From the NCBI GenBank assembly GCA_020696385.1, contig JAEHCQ010000001.1, forward strand, positions 193,003 through 257,002: a stretch of 64,000 nucleotides of DNA, given 5' to 3'. The notes below the pieces were generated by a model. That model was not told the origin of the DNA. It did not search any database and saw only the letters and a program-made list of their open reading frames with translations. Both the position numbers and the translations under genes were made by a program. The DNA comes from Methanobacteriota archaeon (GTDB taxonomy: Archaea > Thermoplasmatota > Thermoplasmata > SG8-5 > JAGLSY01). Shown here piece after piece: positions 1-9,647 of the stretch; position 1 is the first letter of the stretch, and the number at the start of each line of letters is the position of its first letter.

Positions 1-3000
1 GAGAGCTGCCTCGTGAAGTCCAAGTTTGTCCAATAATTCTCCCTTTTCCATCAGCAGTTTTTCTGTTCCCGGGAAGAGAGCGAGATCCTCATCGATCTCT
101 TTCAACCTGGCCTTTGTTATCTCGATACCTGGGTCGGGAGCTTCATCCAACTCAAGGTCTTCAAGGCCATCATCATCTTGAATAATTGAACCTTGTAATA
201 TCTCCAATATCTGCTTCTTGTACTCGGGAGCCTTGTCCTCATTAAGCTCGGCCGCCTTGTCATAACATGATATTGCCTCGTCAAAGCTGCCAGCCTTTGC
301 CAGAAGCCTTGCCTTCTTCGCCCAGTGAATGTCATTATCTGGATCGTCCTGAATATTATCATCCATGGCATCCAGGTCCTCGAGGATGATGACATCGCCA
401 ATATCCATGTCGATGTCAACCACATCGGGAAGACCGATCTCCTCTTCCTCATCATCCATCCCAAGAAGTTGTTTTATGAAATCGTCAGTTGGCCCAGTAG
501 GTTCCACCTTCTCTTCAGGCTCATCACCAAGTTTTGACCATCGAGATAGGAAATCTTTTGATATTCCCCTCTTTTCCTCTTTTGTCTTGACATCTGGCAG
601 GACCAGGTCGGCTTCCAATTCCTCAAGAACATCCAGATCGGATAATTCATCTTCGTCCGTCAACGAATCCACCATGGATTCCAGACCGACTATTCCTGAA
701 GGGGCAACTTGATCATCATCATCATCAACTTGATCATCATCGTCATCAGTCAGGATATCAATGGGATCACCCAGGTCCAATGAAATATCATCGATGATAT
801 CATCATCAGAGATCATCTCGGATACTATTGGCTCATCAAGGTCCAGGTCTAGATCCAATAGATCGATATCATCAGATTCGGATGATGTCGATATTTGATC
901 GAGGAGCGATATCTCTTCAATTGGGTCTTCCTCGATTTCCGTCGTGAATAGCTCGATGCCATCCATGTCGAAACTATCATCCTGGGCGATTATATCCTCA
1001 AGGAGTTTTTCACCCAGTATATCTGATTCATCCATATCCGTAGATTCAACATCCTCAGATTCAACATCCTCAGATTCATCTTCGGATCCATATCCTTCCA
1101 GGACATCCGCAATGTCCATATCTACAGCGATGTCCTCAAGGGTAATGACCTGAGGTTCATCGATATCGAGTTGAAGCTCATCGGTATCCAACTCTTCCTC
1201 GCCAATATCAATTCCACAATCAGGGCATGCTGTGAGATCTGACTGGACAAAGGAACCACAACCTGGGCATAGATGGAGTTCTGCAACGCTCTCCTCCCAC
1301 TCCATGTCCTGCATGAGCTGATCCTCGGCATCCTTTGTATCTGTCACCTCGACCAGAAGATCAGAAAGCTCCTCGATCTCGCGTTCCGCCCTGACCTCTT
1401 TTTCAAGGTCAAGCTCCACATCCTGATCCTCATCATATACTGCTCCACAATTGGAGCACTTACCAGCATCTTCCGCCAGAAGAGCACCGCATTCCACACA
1501 CAGGAATATCTGGGTCCTTTCTTCCTTGTACCAGTGACCATCTGGCCCGTCTGGATCTATGCTAATATCATCATCAGATGGTTCAAGCTGCGAGATAGGT
1601 CGGTCATCGCCGGGCTCGAACTTCGCATGGCATATGTCACAACTGCTGGCGTCACCAGATAAGAAGGCGCCACAACTGGGACAGAGGAATAGTTCAGCTT
1701 CATCCTTGTACCAATGGCCATCAAGATCACTGTCGGTCTTTTCGACCAGCATATCGGCCAGTTCATCCGTATCCGCATCCATCTCGGGAGCGGATTCTTC
1801 CACAACTGGATCGAACTTCACGCCACAATTATTACATCTTGTGGCATCTTCCGAAATAAGTGCCCCACACTCAGGACACATGAAGAACTGGGACTTATCT
1901 TCCTTGTACCAGTAACCATCCGGAGCATCTGGATCTCTTACTATCTCGGGCTCCGTATCAGGGCTGACATCTACCTCATCATCTGCCTCGAACACTATGC
2001 CACAGTACTGACAGCTATCAGAGGCAGAGGATATGAAAGAACCACAGTTTGGACAGAGGAATAGCTCGGCATCATCCTTGTACCAGTGACCGTCCAATTC
2101 ATCAAGATCGGATGGCTCGTCTCCCAGCTCATCATCATTGAGGAGCATATCGGCCAGTTCTTTCAATTCACTGCTTTCTTCGGTAGATATAGCGGCTCCA
2201 AATTCGATCTGGTCATCTTCATTGTCCAGATCGGCATCTATCTGGACATCTCCCTCATCATCATCATGACTGGTGAACTCTTCCAGCATGCCCAGAATAT
2301 CTGAATCGGATGTCGTGGTCTCTGGAGGAAGTGGTTCCTTATCAAGCTTCGATCCGGTCTTGGCTTCCAAAAATGAAAGACCACAGGTATCACATTCAGA
2401 GGACTTTCCCGATATGAATGCACCGCAATCAGGGCAGAGGAAAAGCTCGGCCTTGTCCTTGTACCAGAAACCATCGATGTCATCATCTTCTTCCTCTTTC
2501 TCGGTGCCATCGACCAGCAGGTCCAAAATATCTTCAGATTCCTTATCTGGTTGTATCTCTGGCTCGGCCTTGTCCATTTCGAACTTGATCCCACAATGAG
2601 AGCATTGATCCGTATTTTCCGAGATCATGGAGCCGCACTCGGGACAGAGGAAGAACTGGCTCTTCTCCTCCTTGTACCAATAACCATCTGGAGCATCGGG
2701 ATCCTTTGCGACCTCGGGATCGACATCTGGGCTTATATCGGGCTCTTCACTAATCTCATCATCGACCTCGAACACAACTCCACACTTGGTGCAACTGCCA
2801 GCATCAGAGGGTATGAAAGACCCGCAATTGGGGCAGAGGAAAAGCTCGGCTTCATCCTTGTACCAGTGGCCGTCCAGATCGCTGTCGGCTTTTTCAACCA
2901 GCATATCAGCCAGTTGCTGAGTTTCCATGTCTGTTTCAGGAGATACATCCTCCATATCAGGATCGAACTTCACGCCACAGTTATTGCATTTGCTGGCATC

Positions 3001-3441
3001 TTCCGAAATAAGTGCCCCACAATCCGGGCACATGAAGAACTGGCTCTTATCTTCCTTGTACCAGAAGCCATCTGGACCATCAGGATCTATTTCAGGAGCT
3101 GGGGAAGCCTCCTCCTCGCCTTCAAAGGCGATGCCACAATTCGGGCAATTGTCCGTATCCTCTCCCAGAAGTGATCCACACATTGGACACATCGTTAGTC
3201 CAGTGCTTGTTTCCAGCTTGTCGGATGGCTCTCCATCCACATCCACCATCATCTCCGCATAATCCCTTATGCTGTATGCGAGACTCTTGCCTATGCCAGG
3301 TATGCCAGATAGCTCATCAAATGGGCATTCTACAAGTTCTTGCAATGACCTGAAGCCTGCGGAATAAAGAATTCGAGCTTTTGCTCTTCCTATACCCGGT
3401 ATGAGTAATAATTCTACAAGATGGTCATCACTAGTAGACAT
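1..3441 (-). CDS. Partial (C-terminal portion runs off window start) large acidic protein: N-terminal (HhH)2-like segment, ~10 tandem zinc-ribbon modules, long D/E-rich low-complexity tract, TPR-like tail
   Basis: Manual translation of the minus strand from the ATG at 3441 (revcomp of cat at 3439-3441) is open to position 1. The frame is confirmed at both ends: MSTSDDHLVELLLIPGIGRAKARILYSAGF... at the start and ...KLLMEKGELLDKLGLHEAAL at positions 60..1. It is absent from the ORF track because no stop lies inside the window. The repeated module is DG[HFY]WYK[ED]E...[LF]F[LM]CPxCG[AS]xIxxDAxxCxxCG. A TATA-like tatatact lies about 25-30 bp upstream. All listed plus-strand ORFs in 325..3353 are antisense shadows of this gene. 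Confidence 0.6.
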   Translation of the reverse strand, partial: MSTSDDHLVELLLIPGIGRAKARILYSAGFRSLQELVECPFDELSGIPGIGKSLAYSIRDYAEMMVDVDGEPSDKLETSTGLTMCPMCGSLLGEDTDNCPNCGIAFEGEEEASPAPEIDPDGPDGFWYKEDKSQFFMCPDCGALISEDASKCNNCGVKFDPDMEDVSPETDMETQQLADMLVEKADSDLDGHWYKDEAELFLCPNCGSFIPSDAGSCTKCGVVFEVDDEISEEPDISPDVDPEVAKDPDAPDGYWYKEEKSQFFLCPECGSMISENTDQCSHCGIKFEMDKAEPEIQPDKESEDILDLLVDGTEKEEEDDDIDGFWYKDKAELFLCPDCGAFISGKSSECDTCGLSFLEAKTGSKLDKEPLPPETTTSDSDILGMLEEFTSHDDDEGDVQIDADLDNEDDQIEFGAAISTEESSELKELADMLLNDDELGDEPSDLDELDGHWYKDDAELFLCPNCGSFISSASDSCQYCGIVFEADDEVDVSPDTEPEIVRDPDAPDGYWYKEDKSQFFMCPECGALISEDATRCNNCGVKFDPVVEESAPEMDADTDELADMLVEKTDSDLDGHWYKDEAELFLCPSCGAFLSGDASSCDICHAKFEPGDDRPISQLEPSDDDISIDPDGPDGHWYKEERTQIFLCVECGALLAEDAGKCSNCGAVYDEDQDVELDLEKEVRAEREIEELSDLLVEVTDTKDAEDQLMQDMEWEESVAELHLCPGCGSFVQSDLTACPDCGIDIGEEELDTDELQLDIDEPQVITLEDIAVDMDIADVLEGYGSEDESEDVESEDVESTDMDESDILGEKLLEDIIAQDDSFDMDGIELFTTEIEEDPIEEISLLDQISTSSESDDIDLLDLDLDLDEPIVSEMISDDDIIDDISLDLGDPIDILTDDDDDQVDDDDDQVAPSGIVGLESMVDSLTDEDELSDLDVLEELEADLVLPDVKTKEEKRGISKDFLSRWSKLGDEPEEKVEPTGPTDDFIKQLLGMDDEEEEIGLPDVVDIDMDIGDVIILEDLDAMDDNIQDDPDNDIHWAKKARLLAKAGSFDEAISCYDKAAELNEDKAPEYKKQILEILQGSIIQDDDGLEDLELDEAPDPGIEITKARLKEIDEDLALFPGTEKLLMEKGELLDKLGLHEAAL

Positions 3442-3571
3442 AAACAATACTAATTTGTTAAACTTAGTATATAGGCATTGTATCTCTAAAAATAGAGGGC
3501 GTATCTGTAAAATATGCTACAGCATTACAAAAAGTTGTTATTAAATAAGAGAAAATAAACTGAACTATCGA

Positions 3572-3594
3572 GGATATCGAGTAAGGCGATATCC
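3572..3594 (-). terminator. Hairpin (ggatatcg-agtaag-cgatatcc) followed on the minus strand by a T-rich tract, downstream of the regulator gene
   Basis: Perfect 8-9 bp inverted repeat at 3572-3579/3586-3594. The minus-strand continuation is T-rich (tttattttctcttattt). Confidence 0.3.
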
Positions 3595-3641
3595 TATACC
3601 TTTTTCATCATTCTTATATGGTGATCATAGGTAATGATGGC

Positions 3642-4352
3642 TCATATCTCAAGAGCTGTAGAAAAGGGATCCAGTCCTATATCCATTACATGTATCTCTG
3701 TCTTATGACCGATCTCCAAGATCAATCGATCATTGGAGCTCTTGATTATCTTGGGATTCTCTCCCCCTGACCTCAATTTTTCGATTATAAAATCTCGAAA
3801 GGCTTTTGTACGATCATATTTGGACTCGGACAATTCCGCAAGCAATCTCGTAGGGTAATATCGGGTATGAGTTCCTTCGCTCATCACACTGACAAGACCA
3901 ATACCTATCAATTTATTGACTATTATTGACAAACCCTGATGAGTCATATCAAAATCACTGGCATATTCTTTCTGGGTCATACCAGGGTCTTTTATTATCT
4001 TGATGAAAAGTGCTTTTGTCTTTTTTGAGGACAAAACACAGAATACATTGACATCCTCATCATCGATCTGGCCCTCAGGCCACACAGACCTCTTATGGCC
4101 GAACTTTCTCTCGACCAGATATTCGGAGGCTACGAGTTTACCAATATGCCATTTGACAGTCGTGTCACTCACATTGAGAATATCAGATATATCTTTCATA
4201 CCAAGGCATGGATGAAAGGTCAGAAGTGAGAAGATATTTCTGCGGATATTGTTCTCGAATATCCTGGCATCCTCGGATGTTTTACCAGGAGACTTGATAT
4301 TATCTGGATCTTTGATCGCACTTTCCAGAGCCTTTCCCACATTCTTGCTCAT
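3642..4352 (-). CDS. Transcriptional regulator with two winged-helix/HTH-like segments
   Basis: 236-aa ORF with two HTH-like stretches (DISDILNVSDTTVKWHIGKLVASEYLVERK and MTQKEYASDFDMTHQGLSIIVNKLIGIGLV). GGAG lies 8 nt upstream of the ATG. It sits immediately downstream of a KaiC-like ATPase gene. Confidence 0.55.
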   Translation of the reverse strand: MSKNVGKALESAIKDPDNIKSPGKTSEDARIFENNIRRNIFSLLTFHPCLGMKDISDILNVSDTTVKWHIGKLVASEYLVERKFGHKRSVWPEGQIDDEDVNVFCVLSSKKTKALFIKIIKDPGMTQKEYASDFDMTHQGLSIIVNKLIGIGLVSVMSEGTHTRYYPTRLLAELSESKYDRTKAFRDFIIEKLRSGGENPKIIKSSNDRLILEIGHKTEIHVMDIGLDPFSTALEI

Positions 4353-4375
4353 GTCTGAATTCTCCTTTTTTTTTT

Positions 4376-4476
4376 AATGTGCGAACTTATTTCGCACATT
4401 ATTTTACTTCAATTTTTTGAAGTTATGAATGTGCGAACTTGTTTCGCACATTATTTTACTTCGAATTATTCGAAGT
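4376..4476. repeat. Tandem duplication (52-bp period) of a composite site: palindrome A (AATGTGCGAA-n5-TTCGCACATT) plus palindrome B (ACTTCRAA-n3/4-TTYGAAGT) with an AT-rich TATA-like core between them. Likely operator/promoter of the regulator gene and/or terminator of the KaiC-like gene
   Basis: A1 at 4376-4400, B1 at 4406-4423, A2 at 4428-4452, B2 at 4458-4476. All arms are perfect inverted repeats read directly from the sequence. The site lies 24 bp upstream of the regulator ATG (4352) and overlaps the stop of the KaiC-like gene (4466). Confidence 0.7.
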
Positions 4477-5347
4477 CCTGATACTCGGCCAATATGGCAT
4501 TGATAAGCTCGGCTGTATTGACCTCCGCGAGATCCCTGTTCCTGAGATCCTTCAATGAACTGGCCAGTCTTTTGAAAACATAGGATGGGATCTTACCTTC
4601 CACCTTATTGAAATCAATGGCAAAATCATCAACCTTATCGCGCAATGATGTCAATGGATAATCACCAGCCTGAACAACAAGACCAAAGCCTTTCATGAGA
4701 GAATATGGATGCTCCTGATCACTGTGGGAACTGGATCTACATTTGACGATCTTCAATTTCCTCTCCAATTTAGAGCCCGCCTCAAAGCAGCTTCGCAGAT
4801 GGATCACACAGTCTGATAGGTACATTGGGATAACGGTCTCTGTTCCGGATAGATCTCCGATAGTACCATGCTCCTCAAGAGTGCAGAGTACGGTGCCAAC
4901 CTTCCTTGTTTCCTTCAGCATGAAGCCAATTAGATCTCGCTGTTCATATCTATCAGATGTTGACCATATCACAGGTGTTAGGGGATCCACTGCAATTCGG
5001 GCATTGGCACCTTTCCATGATGATACGAAATCAGGTAATTCTTTCTTTATGAACTGAGAGAATTCAAGACCACTGGCATCGATGAACACAAGTTTTTCAT
5101 CCTCTATGAAGTTCAGTATCTCCGTCCAGCCCATCTCGATAGCTTCCTTGATGATCTGCTCTTTGTTCTCATCAAGACTGACGAATATACCTTCCTGGCC
5201 GGCTTCCAATCCTCTTCTTATGAACTGGGTGGCGAAGGTGGTCTTTCCCGCACCACTCATGCCAATGACGACAGTGGTGGAATTCTCATTGATGCCTCCG
5301 TCCAGAAGGCCATTGAGTCCGTATATCCCACTGCTAATTTTTTTCAT
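4466..5347 (-). CDS. KaiC/RadA-like single-domain RecA-superfamily ATPase
   Basis: N-terminal GIYGLNGLLDGG motif, Walker A GMSGAGKT and a Walker B-like hydrophobic stretch ending VFIDAS. Confidence 0.8.
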   Translation of the reverse strand: MKKISSGIYGLNGLLDGGINENSTTVVIGMSGAGKTTFATQFIRRGLEAGQEGIFVSLDENKEQIIKEAIEMGWTEILNFIEDEKLVFIDASGLEFSQFIKKELPDFVSSWKGANARIAVDPLTPVIWSTSDRYEQRDLIGFMLKETRKVGTVLCTLEEHGTIGDLSGTETVIPMYLSDCVIHLRSCFEAGSKLERKLKIVKCRSSSHSDQEHPYSLMKGFGLVVQAGDYPLTSLRDKVDDFAIDFNKVEGKIPSYVFKRLASSLKDLRNRDLAEVNTAELINAILAEYQDFE

Positions 5348-5369
5348 TTATCATCAACTCATATTTGTA

Positions 5370-6386
5370 TTATAGACCTCGATTCTGAAGTATTTGATCT
5401 TCAGGGATCTGTCCAATGTCAAGACCTGGCATGGCATTTCCAAGCCCCATGGAAACTTCAGTCAGTGTCTTCGCGTCCTCGAAGTTCGTAACCGCATCCG
5501 CGATGGACTTGGCCATCTTCTTGGGATCACTGGATTTGAAAATTCCAGAGCCTACAAACACACCATCGCAACCCATGCTCATCATGAGGCTTGCGTCTGC
5601 TGGTGTTGCTATTCCACCTGCGGCGAAGTTCACAACTGGCAATCTGCCAAGATCACGTATCTCTATCAATATGGCCTTCACGTCTGCTTTCCAGTCAGCC
5701 ATTTTCCTTCCGCCAAATACAATTTCATCTGCCGATGTCTCATCATCGCACCATTCCTGACGACTTGCCATCTCCAGCTTTCCGAAGGGTTTGGCATAAG
5801 TGTGGGCCACGGCATCCAATTTCTCATCATCGATGATCTTCAAGTTCTCGATCATCTGGTTGACAAGGTGCATGTGCCTGACAGCCTCAACGACATTGCC
5901 AGTCCCGGCCTCGCCCTTGGTCCTTATCATGGCCGCACCCTCGGCGATACGCCTGACAGCCTCACCCAGATAGGTGCAACCGCAGACAAATGGAACTGTG
6001 AATTCGGATTTATCAATGTGATAATATGGATCTGCCGGAGTTAGAACCTCGGACTCGTCGATCATGTCCGCGCCCATTGACTCCCATATACGGGCTTCTG
6101 CGAAATGGCCGATTCTAACTTTGGCCATCACCGGAATACTTACCTCATCCAATATCTCCTGGAGCTTGGTCGGGTCCGCGGCTCTGGCGACACCACCCAT
6201 TGCTCTGATATCGGATGGCACTCGCTCGAGGGACATGACAGCCACCGCTCCTGCATCCTCCGCGATCCTGGCCTGCTCGGCTGTAACAACGTCCATGATG
6301 ACGCCGCCTTTCTGCATCTTGGCAAATCCTCTCTTGAGAAGTTCGGTCCCGTGTCTGAATGAATTAAGGTCTATGTCAATCGGCAA
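5370..6386 (-). CDS. pdxS: Pyridoxal 5'-phosphate synthase lyase subunit PdxS
   Basis: Strong PdxS/SNZ-family sequence character: [26 protein letters not shown], the active-site region and a C-terminal GxGIFKS motif. The N-terminus may begin at an internal start. Confidence 0.9.
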   Translation of the reverse strand: MPIDIDLNSFRHGTELLKRGFAKMQKGGVIMDVVTAEQARIAEDAGAVAVMSLERVPSDIRAMGGVARAADPTKLQEILDEVSIPVMAKVRIGHFAEARIWESMGADMIDESEVLTPADPYYHIDKSEFTVPFVCGCTYLGEAVRRIAEGAAMIRTKGEAGTGNVVEAVRHMHLVNQMIENLKIIDDEKLDAVAHTYAKPFGKLEMASRQEWCDDETSADEIVFGGRKMADWKADVKAILIEIRDLGRLPVVNFAAGGIATPADASLMMSMGCDGVFVGSGIFKSSDPKKMAKSIADAVTNFEDAKTLTEVSMGLGNAMPGLDIGQIPEDQILQNRGL

Positions 6387-6512
6387 TATATCACCAGTTT
6401 ACCCAATAAATACATCTGTATTTTAAAGTATTGGAAGATGGACATGATAATTTAATGCGAATTATTAATGAAAAAAGGAAAGATAATCATTATCAATAAT
6501 AAAAGGAAAGAT

Positions 6513-6539
6513 GATGATGGTCTTTGAAGGACCATCATC
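6513..6539 (-). terminator. Hairpin (gatgatggtc/gaccatcatc) followed on the minus strand by a T-rich tract, downstream of pepF
   Basis: Perfect 10-bp inverted repeat at 6513-6522/6530-6539 with a 7-nt loop. The minus-strand continuation is atctttccttttattattg. Confidence 0.35.
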
Positions 6540-6561
6540 TTTCTGTGTTCGAGTCTAGGAA

Positions 6562-8427
6562 TTAATATCCAACTTCCTTGGCCAGATCCTCAGCCTGCTT
6601 GACCAGTTCATCGACAAGGTCGAATCCCCTCTGCCAGAATCCTGGATCTGTAATGTCCAGACCCATTTTTGCAACCGTGTTCTTCGGGTAGTCGGAACCT
6701 CCAGCTCTTAGAAGATCCAGATACTTTCCGACGAACTCGTCGCCAGTCCTTCTGTATTCCTCATAGAGTGATAGAACCATCAATTCCCCGAAGGAATAGG
6801 CGTATGTGTAGAAAGGATAGTGGATGAAGTGTAGCACGTACGACCACCACTTACCATACTCCTCGGTCATGGCAACGGAGTCTCCGAACATCCATTCATT
6901 CTCCTCGGTCCAGATCTTGTGCAGATCCTCGGGTTTTAGCTCGCCTATGTCCCGTCGATGAGCGTGCATGCGCTTCTCGAACCTGGTCATCATCACCTGA
7001 CGGAAGGAAGTGGCGAATATGTCCTCTATCTTTCCGCAGAGAAGTGAAAGCCTGAGCTTTGGATCATCCTCCTTGTCCAACAGACTGTGGAATAGGATCA
7101 TCTCACCCATGACGCTGGCCGTCTCAGCCATGGCCAGTGATGTGCTCATCTGCAGGTATCCCTGCTCCCTGGCAAGATACTGATGAATTCCATGCCCCAA
7201 TTCATGAGCCATGGTCATCGTGTCCGATAGATTATCTGTGTGATTGAGCTTGATATAAGGGTGCATATCGGGTGTTATGCCAGCACTGAATGCGCCACCC
7301 TCTTTTCCATGCCTTACTTCAGCATCGATCCAGTTATTGTCGAAGAATTTCTGAGCAATCTCGCCAGATATCGGTGAGAAGTTCTTGTATGATTCCAGAG
7401 TCATGTTCTTCGCATCCTCATAGAGGCATTCCTTCTCGATTGGAAGAATTGGTGCATATCTGTCATAATCATACAGTTTGTCCAGACCCATTATTCTCTT
7501 TTTCAGGTTGTAGAAACGGGCGACCAGTTCCACATTTTTGTCCGTTGCATCCAGTAAGCTGTTGACAGTGGAATCATCCACCTGATTGTCCATGTTCCTG
7601 ACTGCCATCGGGTGCTTGTAGTCTCTGAACTTATCATGGGTGTAATGATCCTGAACAAGGGTATTGAACACGAAAGTGAGAAGGGACATCTTGTCCTCCA
7701 GAGCATCGGTGACAGCCTTGTGGGCGTGGATCCTCAAATCCCTATCGGGATTGCGGAGATAATTCAATGCAGCGTCGAGTGGGAATTCCTTCTCTTCTCC
7801 GCCATCATTGATCTTGACCACCATCTGGCCCATTGTTTCATCAAATAATCTTATGAAAGCGGATTTGCCAGTATTGGAAAGAGCATCCCATACCTTTTCT
7901 TCACCCTCTGTGAGCTGATGTGGGGCTCTCAGTCTCTCGACTTCCAGATAATGCCTGAATTTGGCAACCTCTGGACTGTCCAGTAATTTCTGGGCTTCAG
8001 CATCGTCTATCCTGCACCAGGCCAGGGAGAAGAATATCATATGGGCTTCTATCTCCGTGAACTCCTCCTGAGCTTTGGATATCAAAGCTCCGTTTTCTGG
8101 TTTGAGACAATCCCCCGTAAAGGTCAGATGTGCGAAATAAAGGGGTTTGACAGCATCCTGGTATATGTTTTCAAGTTCTTCCACGGCTTCGAAGAGATCG
8201 GTCGGCGAAACACCTGGCTTGATGATATCCCTGTACTTGCTTTCAAAAGAACTAGCTCTTTGCTTGATGGCCCGGATATCGCTATCTATCTTGGGATCGT
8301 CTATACCAGCATAGAAATCTGTCAGATCCCAGCGAACTCCATGAGCACTACTTTTCTTGTCTTCCATATTAACACCTTTTAGGAACATAATATAAGGGTG
8401 GGTATTAGTGCTTTTTGTTAGGTTCAA
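6562..8427 (-). CDS. pepF: Oligoendopeptidase F (M3B family metallopeptidase)
   Basis: 621 aa with the HEXXH zinc motif (AHELGHGIH) and a downstream E. Length and layout are typical of PepF. Confidence 0.85.
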   Translation of the reverse strand: MNLTKSTNTHPYIMFLKGVNMEDKKSSAHGVRWDLTDFYAGIDDPKIDSDIRAIKQRASSFESKYRDIIKPGVSPTDLFEAVEELENIYQDAVKPLYFAHLTFTGDCLKPENGALISKAQEEFTEIEAHMIFFSLAWCRIDDAEAQKLLDSPEVAKFRHYLEVERLRAPHQLTEGEEKVWDALSNTGKSAFIRLFDETMGQMVVKINDGGEEKEFPLDAALNYLRNPDRDLRIHAHKAVTDALEDKMSLLTFVFNTLVQDHYTHDKFRDYKHPMAVRNMDNQVDDSTVNSLLDATDKNVELVARFYNLKKRIMGLDKLYDYDRYAPILPIEKECLYEDAKNMTLESYKNFSPISGEIAQKFFDNNWIDAEVRHGKEGGAFSAGITPDMHPYIKLNHTDNLSDTMTMAHELGHGIHQYLAREQGYLQMSTSLAMAETASVMGEMILFHSLLDKEDDPKLRLSLLCGKIEDIFATSFRQVMMTRFEKRMHAHRRDIGELKPEDLHKIWTEENEWMFGDSVAMTEEYGKWWSYVLHFIHYPFYTYAYSFGELMVLSLYEEYRRTGDEFVGKYLDLLRAGGSDYPKNTVAKMGLDITDPGFWQRGFDLVDELVKQAEDLAKEVGY

Positions 8428-8822
8428 AGATTATTGAGGTATAACATGCGCAAGGTGTATCGGTATATTCCCAACATAGCGTATTCTCAGCAAGGCATAT
8501 TCCCAACAATGTACATGTGGATTAGTTCGAGCATGCCCCGTCTGGATTATTCATAGAATATTCATCAGGGCGGGGTACTATATTCTATATTTCAGTGGGT
8601 GACAGTCGCGATGTGTCAGTGGGAAGATAAACTCCTCGCTCAAGACAAGTCTAAGTTCATATTTCTAGCCTTGTTCAAAATGCGAGGAGTCAAATTAAGC
8701 CTCGCCTCGATCAAAGCAGGGGCGAGGTCCTTATCCACACCCAGCATAACAAACTAAACTTCGTCAATTGACGTACCCAAACATAGAAAGATACTTATTA
8801 TCTCAAGTAATCTTCATCCCAG

Positions 8823-9647
8823 ATGGGACGCACATACCCTAGAGGAGGGGTGGAAACTTTGGTTCTGGATATTGAATATGAAACTATCGCGCTTGTATTC
8901 GAAGAAGGCATGGTGAAACTTGAGCTTGATAGGCCGGATGTTCACAATGCTTTCAATGATGTCATGATAGCTGAGATCACGGATGCTTTTGATAAATTGG
9001 CAGCAAAAAAAGAGATACTGGCTATTATAATCACCGGAAATGGAAAGAGCTTCTGCGCAGGAGCTGATCTCAATTGGATGAAGAAGATGGCAGGCTATTC
9101 CAGAGATGAGAATATTGAAGATGCCAGAAAAATGGCCAATATGTTCATGGCCATTCAAGAATGTCCATTTCCCACGATTGCCAGGGTGAATGGAGCCGCC
9201 TTCGGTGGAGGTGTTGGCCTGGTCGCGGTCTGTGACTTTGCTTTCGCATCCCCAAATGCCAAATTTTCCTTTAGTGAGACCAATCTTGGTTTGATACCGG
9301 CAGTCATTTCAAAATGGGTGATAGGGCGCGTTGGCTCGAAAAAAGCCAAACAATTATTCATGACTGGCGAGAGATTCGATACTTCCCTCGCTTGTGATAT
9401 CAAATTAATAGATGGCTCGGCGCATGATCTGGATGGCACGATCAACGAGGTCGTGGCGCAATTCAAGACCAGTGGCCCCATGTCGATAATCGAGTCCAAG
9501 AAGCTGGTCGACCAATATGGAAATGAAGATTTCCTGGAATATTCCATCGCCGCAATTGCAGATCTACGAGCATCCGATGAAGGCCGGGAGGGTATAGCGG
9601 CCTTCCTGGACAAGAGAAAGTCAACATGGAGGAGAGATTCAGAATGA
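8823..9647 (+). CDS. Enoyl-CoA hydratase/isomerase (crotonase) family protein, possibly a methylglutaconyl-CoA hydratase-like enzyme given the neighbours
   Basis: Crotonase-fold motifs (LDRPDVHNAFND, ITGNGKSFCAGADL, FGGGVGL). The start is uncertain: in-frame GTG at 8850 and TTG at 8859 with GGAGG at 8843-8847. The stop overlaps the next gene's start in an ATGA. Confidence 0.8.
   Translation: MGRTYPRGGVETLVLDIEYETIALVFEEGMVKLELDRPDVHNAFNDVMIAEITDAFDKLAAKKEILAIIITGNGKSFCAGADLNWMKKMAGYSRDENIEDARKMANMFMAIQECPFPTIARVNGAAFGGGVGLVAVCDFAFASPNAKFSFSETNLGLIPAVISKWVIGRVGSKKAKQLFMTGERFDTSLACDIKLIDGSAHDLDGTINEVVAQFKTSGPMSIIESKKLVDQYGNEDFLEYSIAAIADLRASDEGREGIAAFLDKRKSTWRRDSE

Noticed and set aside
325-3353. 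Numerous 60-207 aa plus-strand ORFs (e.g. 365..712, 1273..1662, 1714..2064, 2551..3174, 2927..3262) with internally repeated peptide patterns
   Set aside because: They are antisense shadows of the repetitive minus-strand zinc-ribbon gene (1..3441). The repetition comes from the sense-strand repeats, and none has an independent RBS or promoter context.
5394-6426. Plus-strand ORFs 5394..6044, 5416..5760, 6064..6426 overlapping pdxS
   Set aside because: They are antisense to a highly conserved PdxS coding sequence and have no recognisable motifs.
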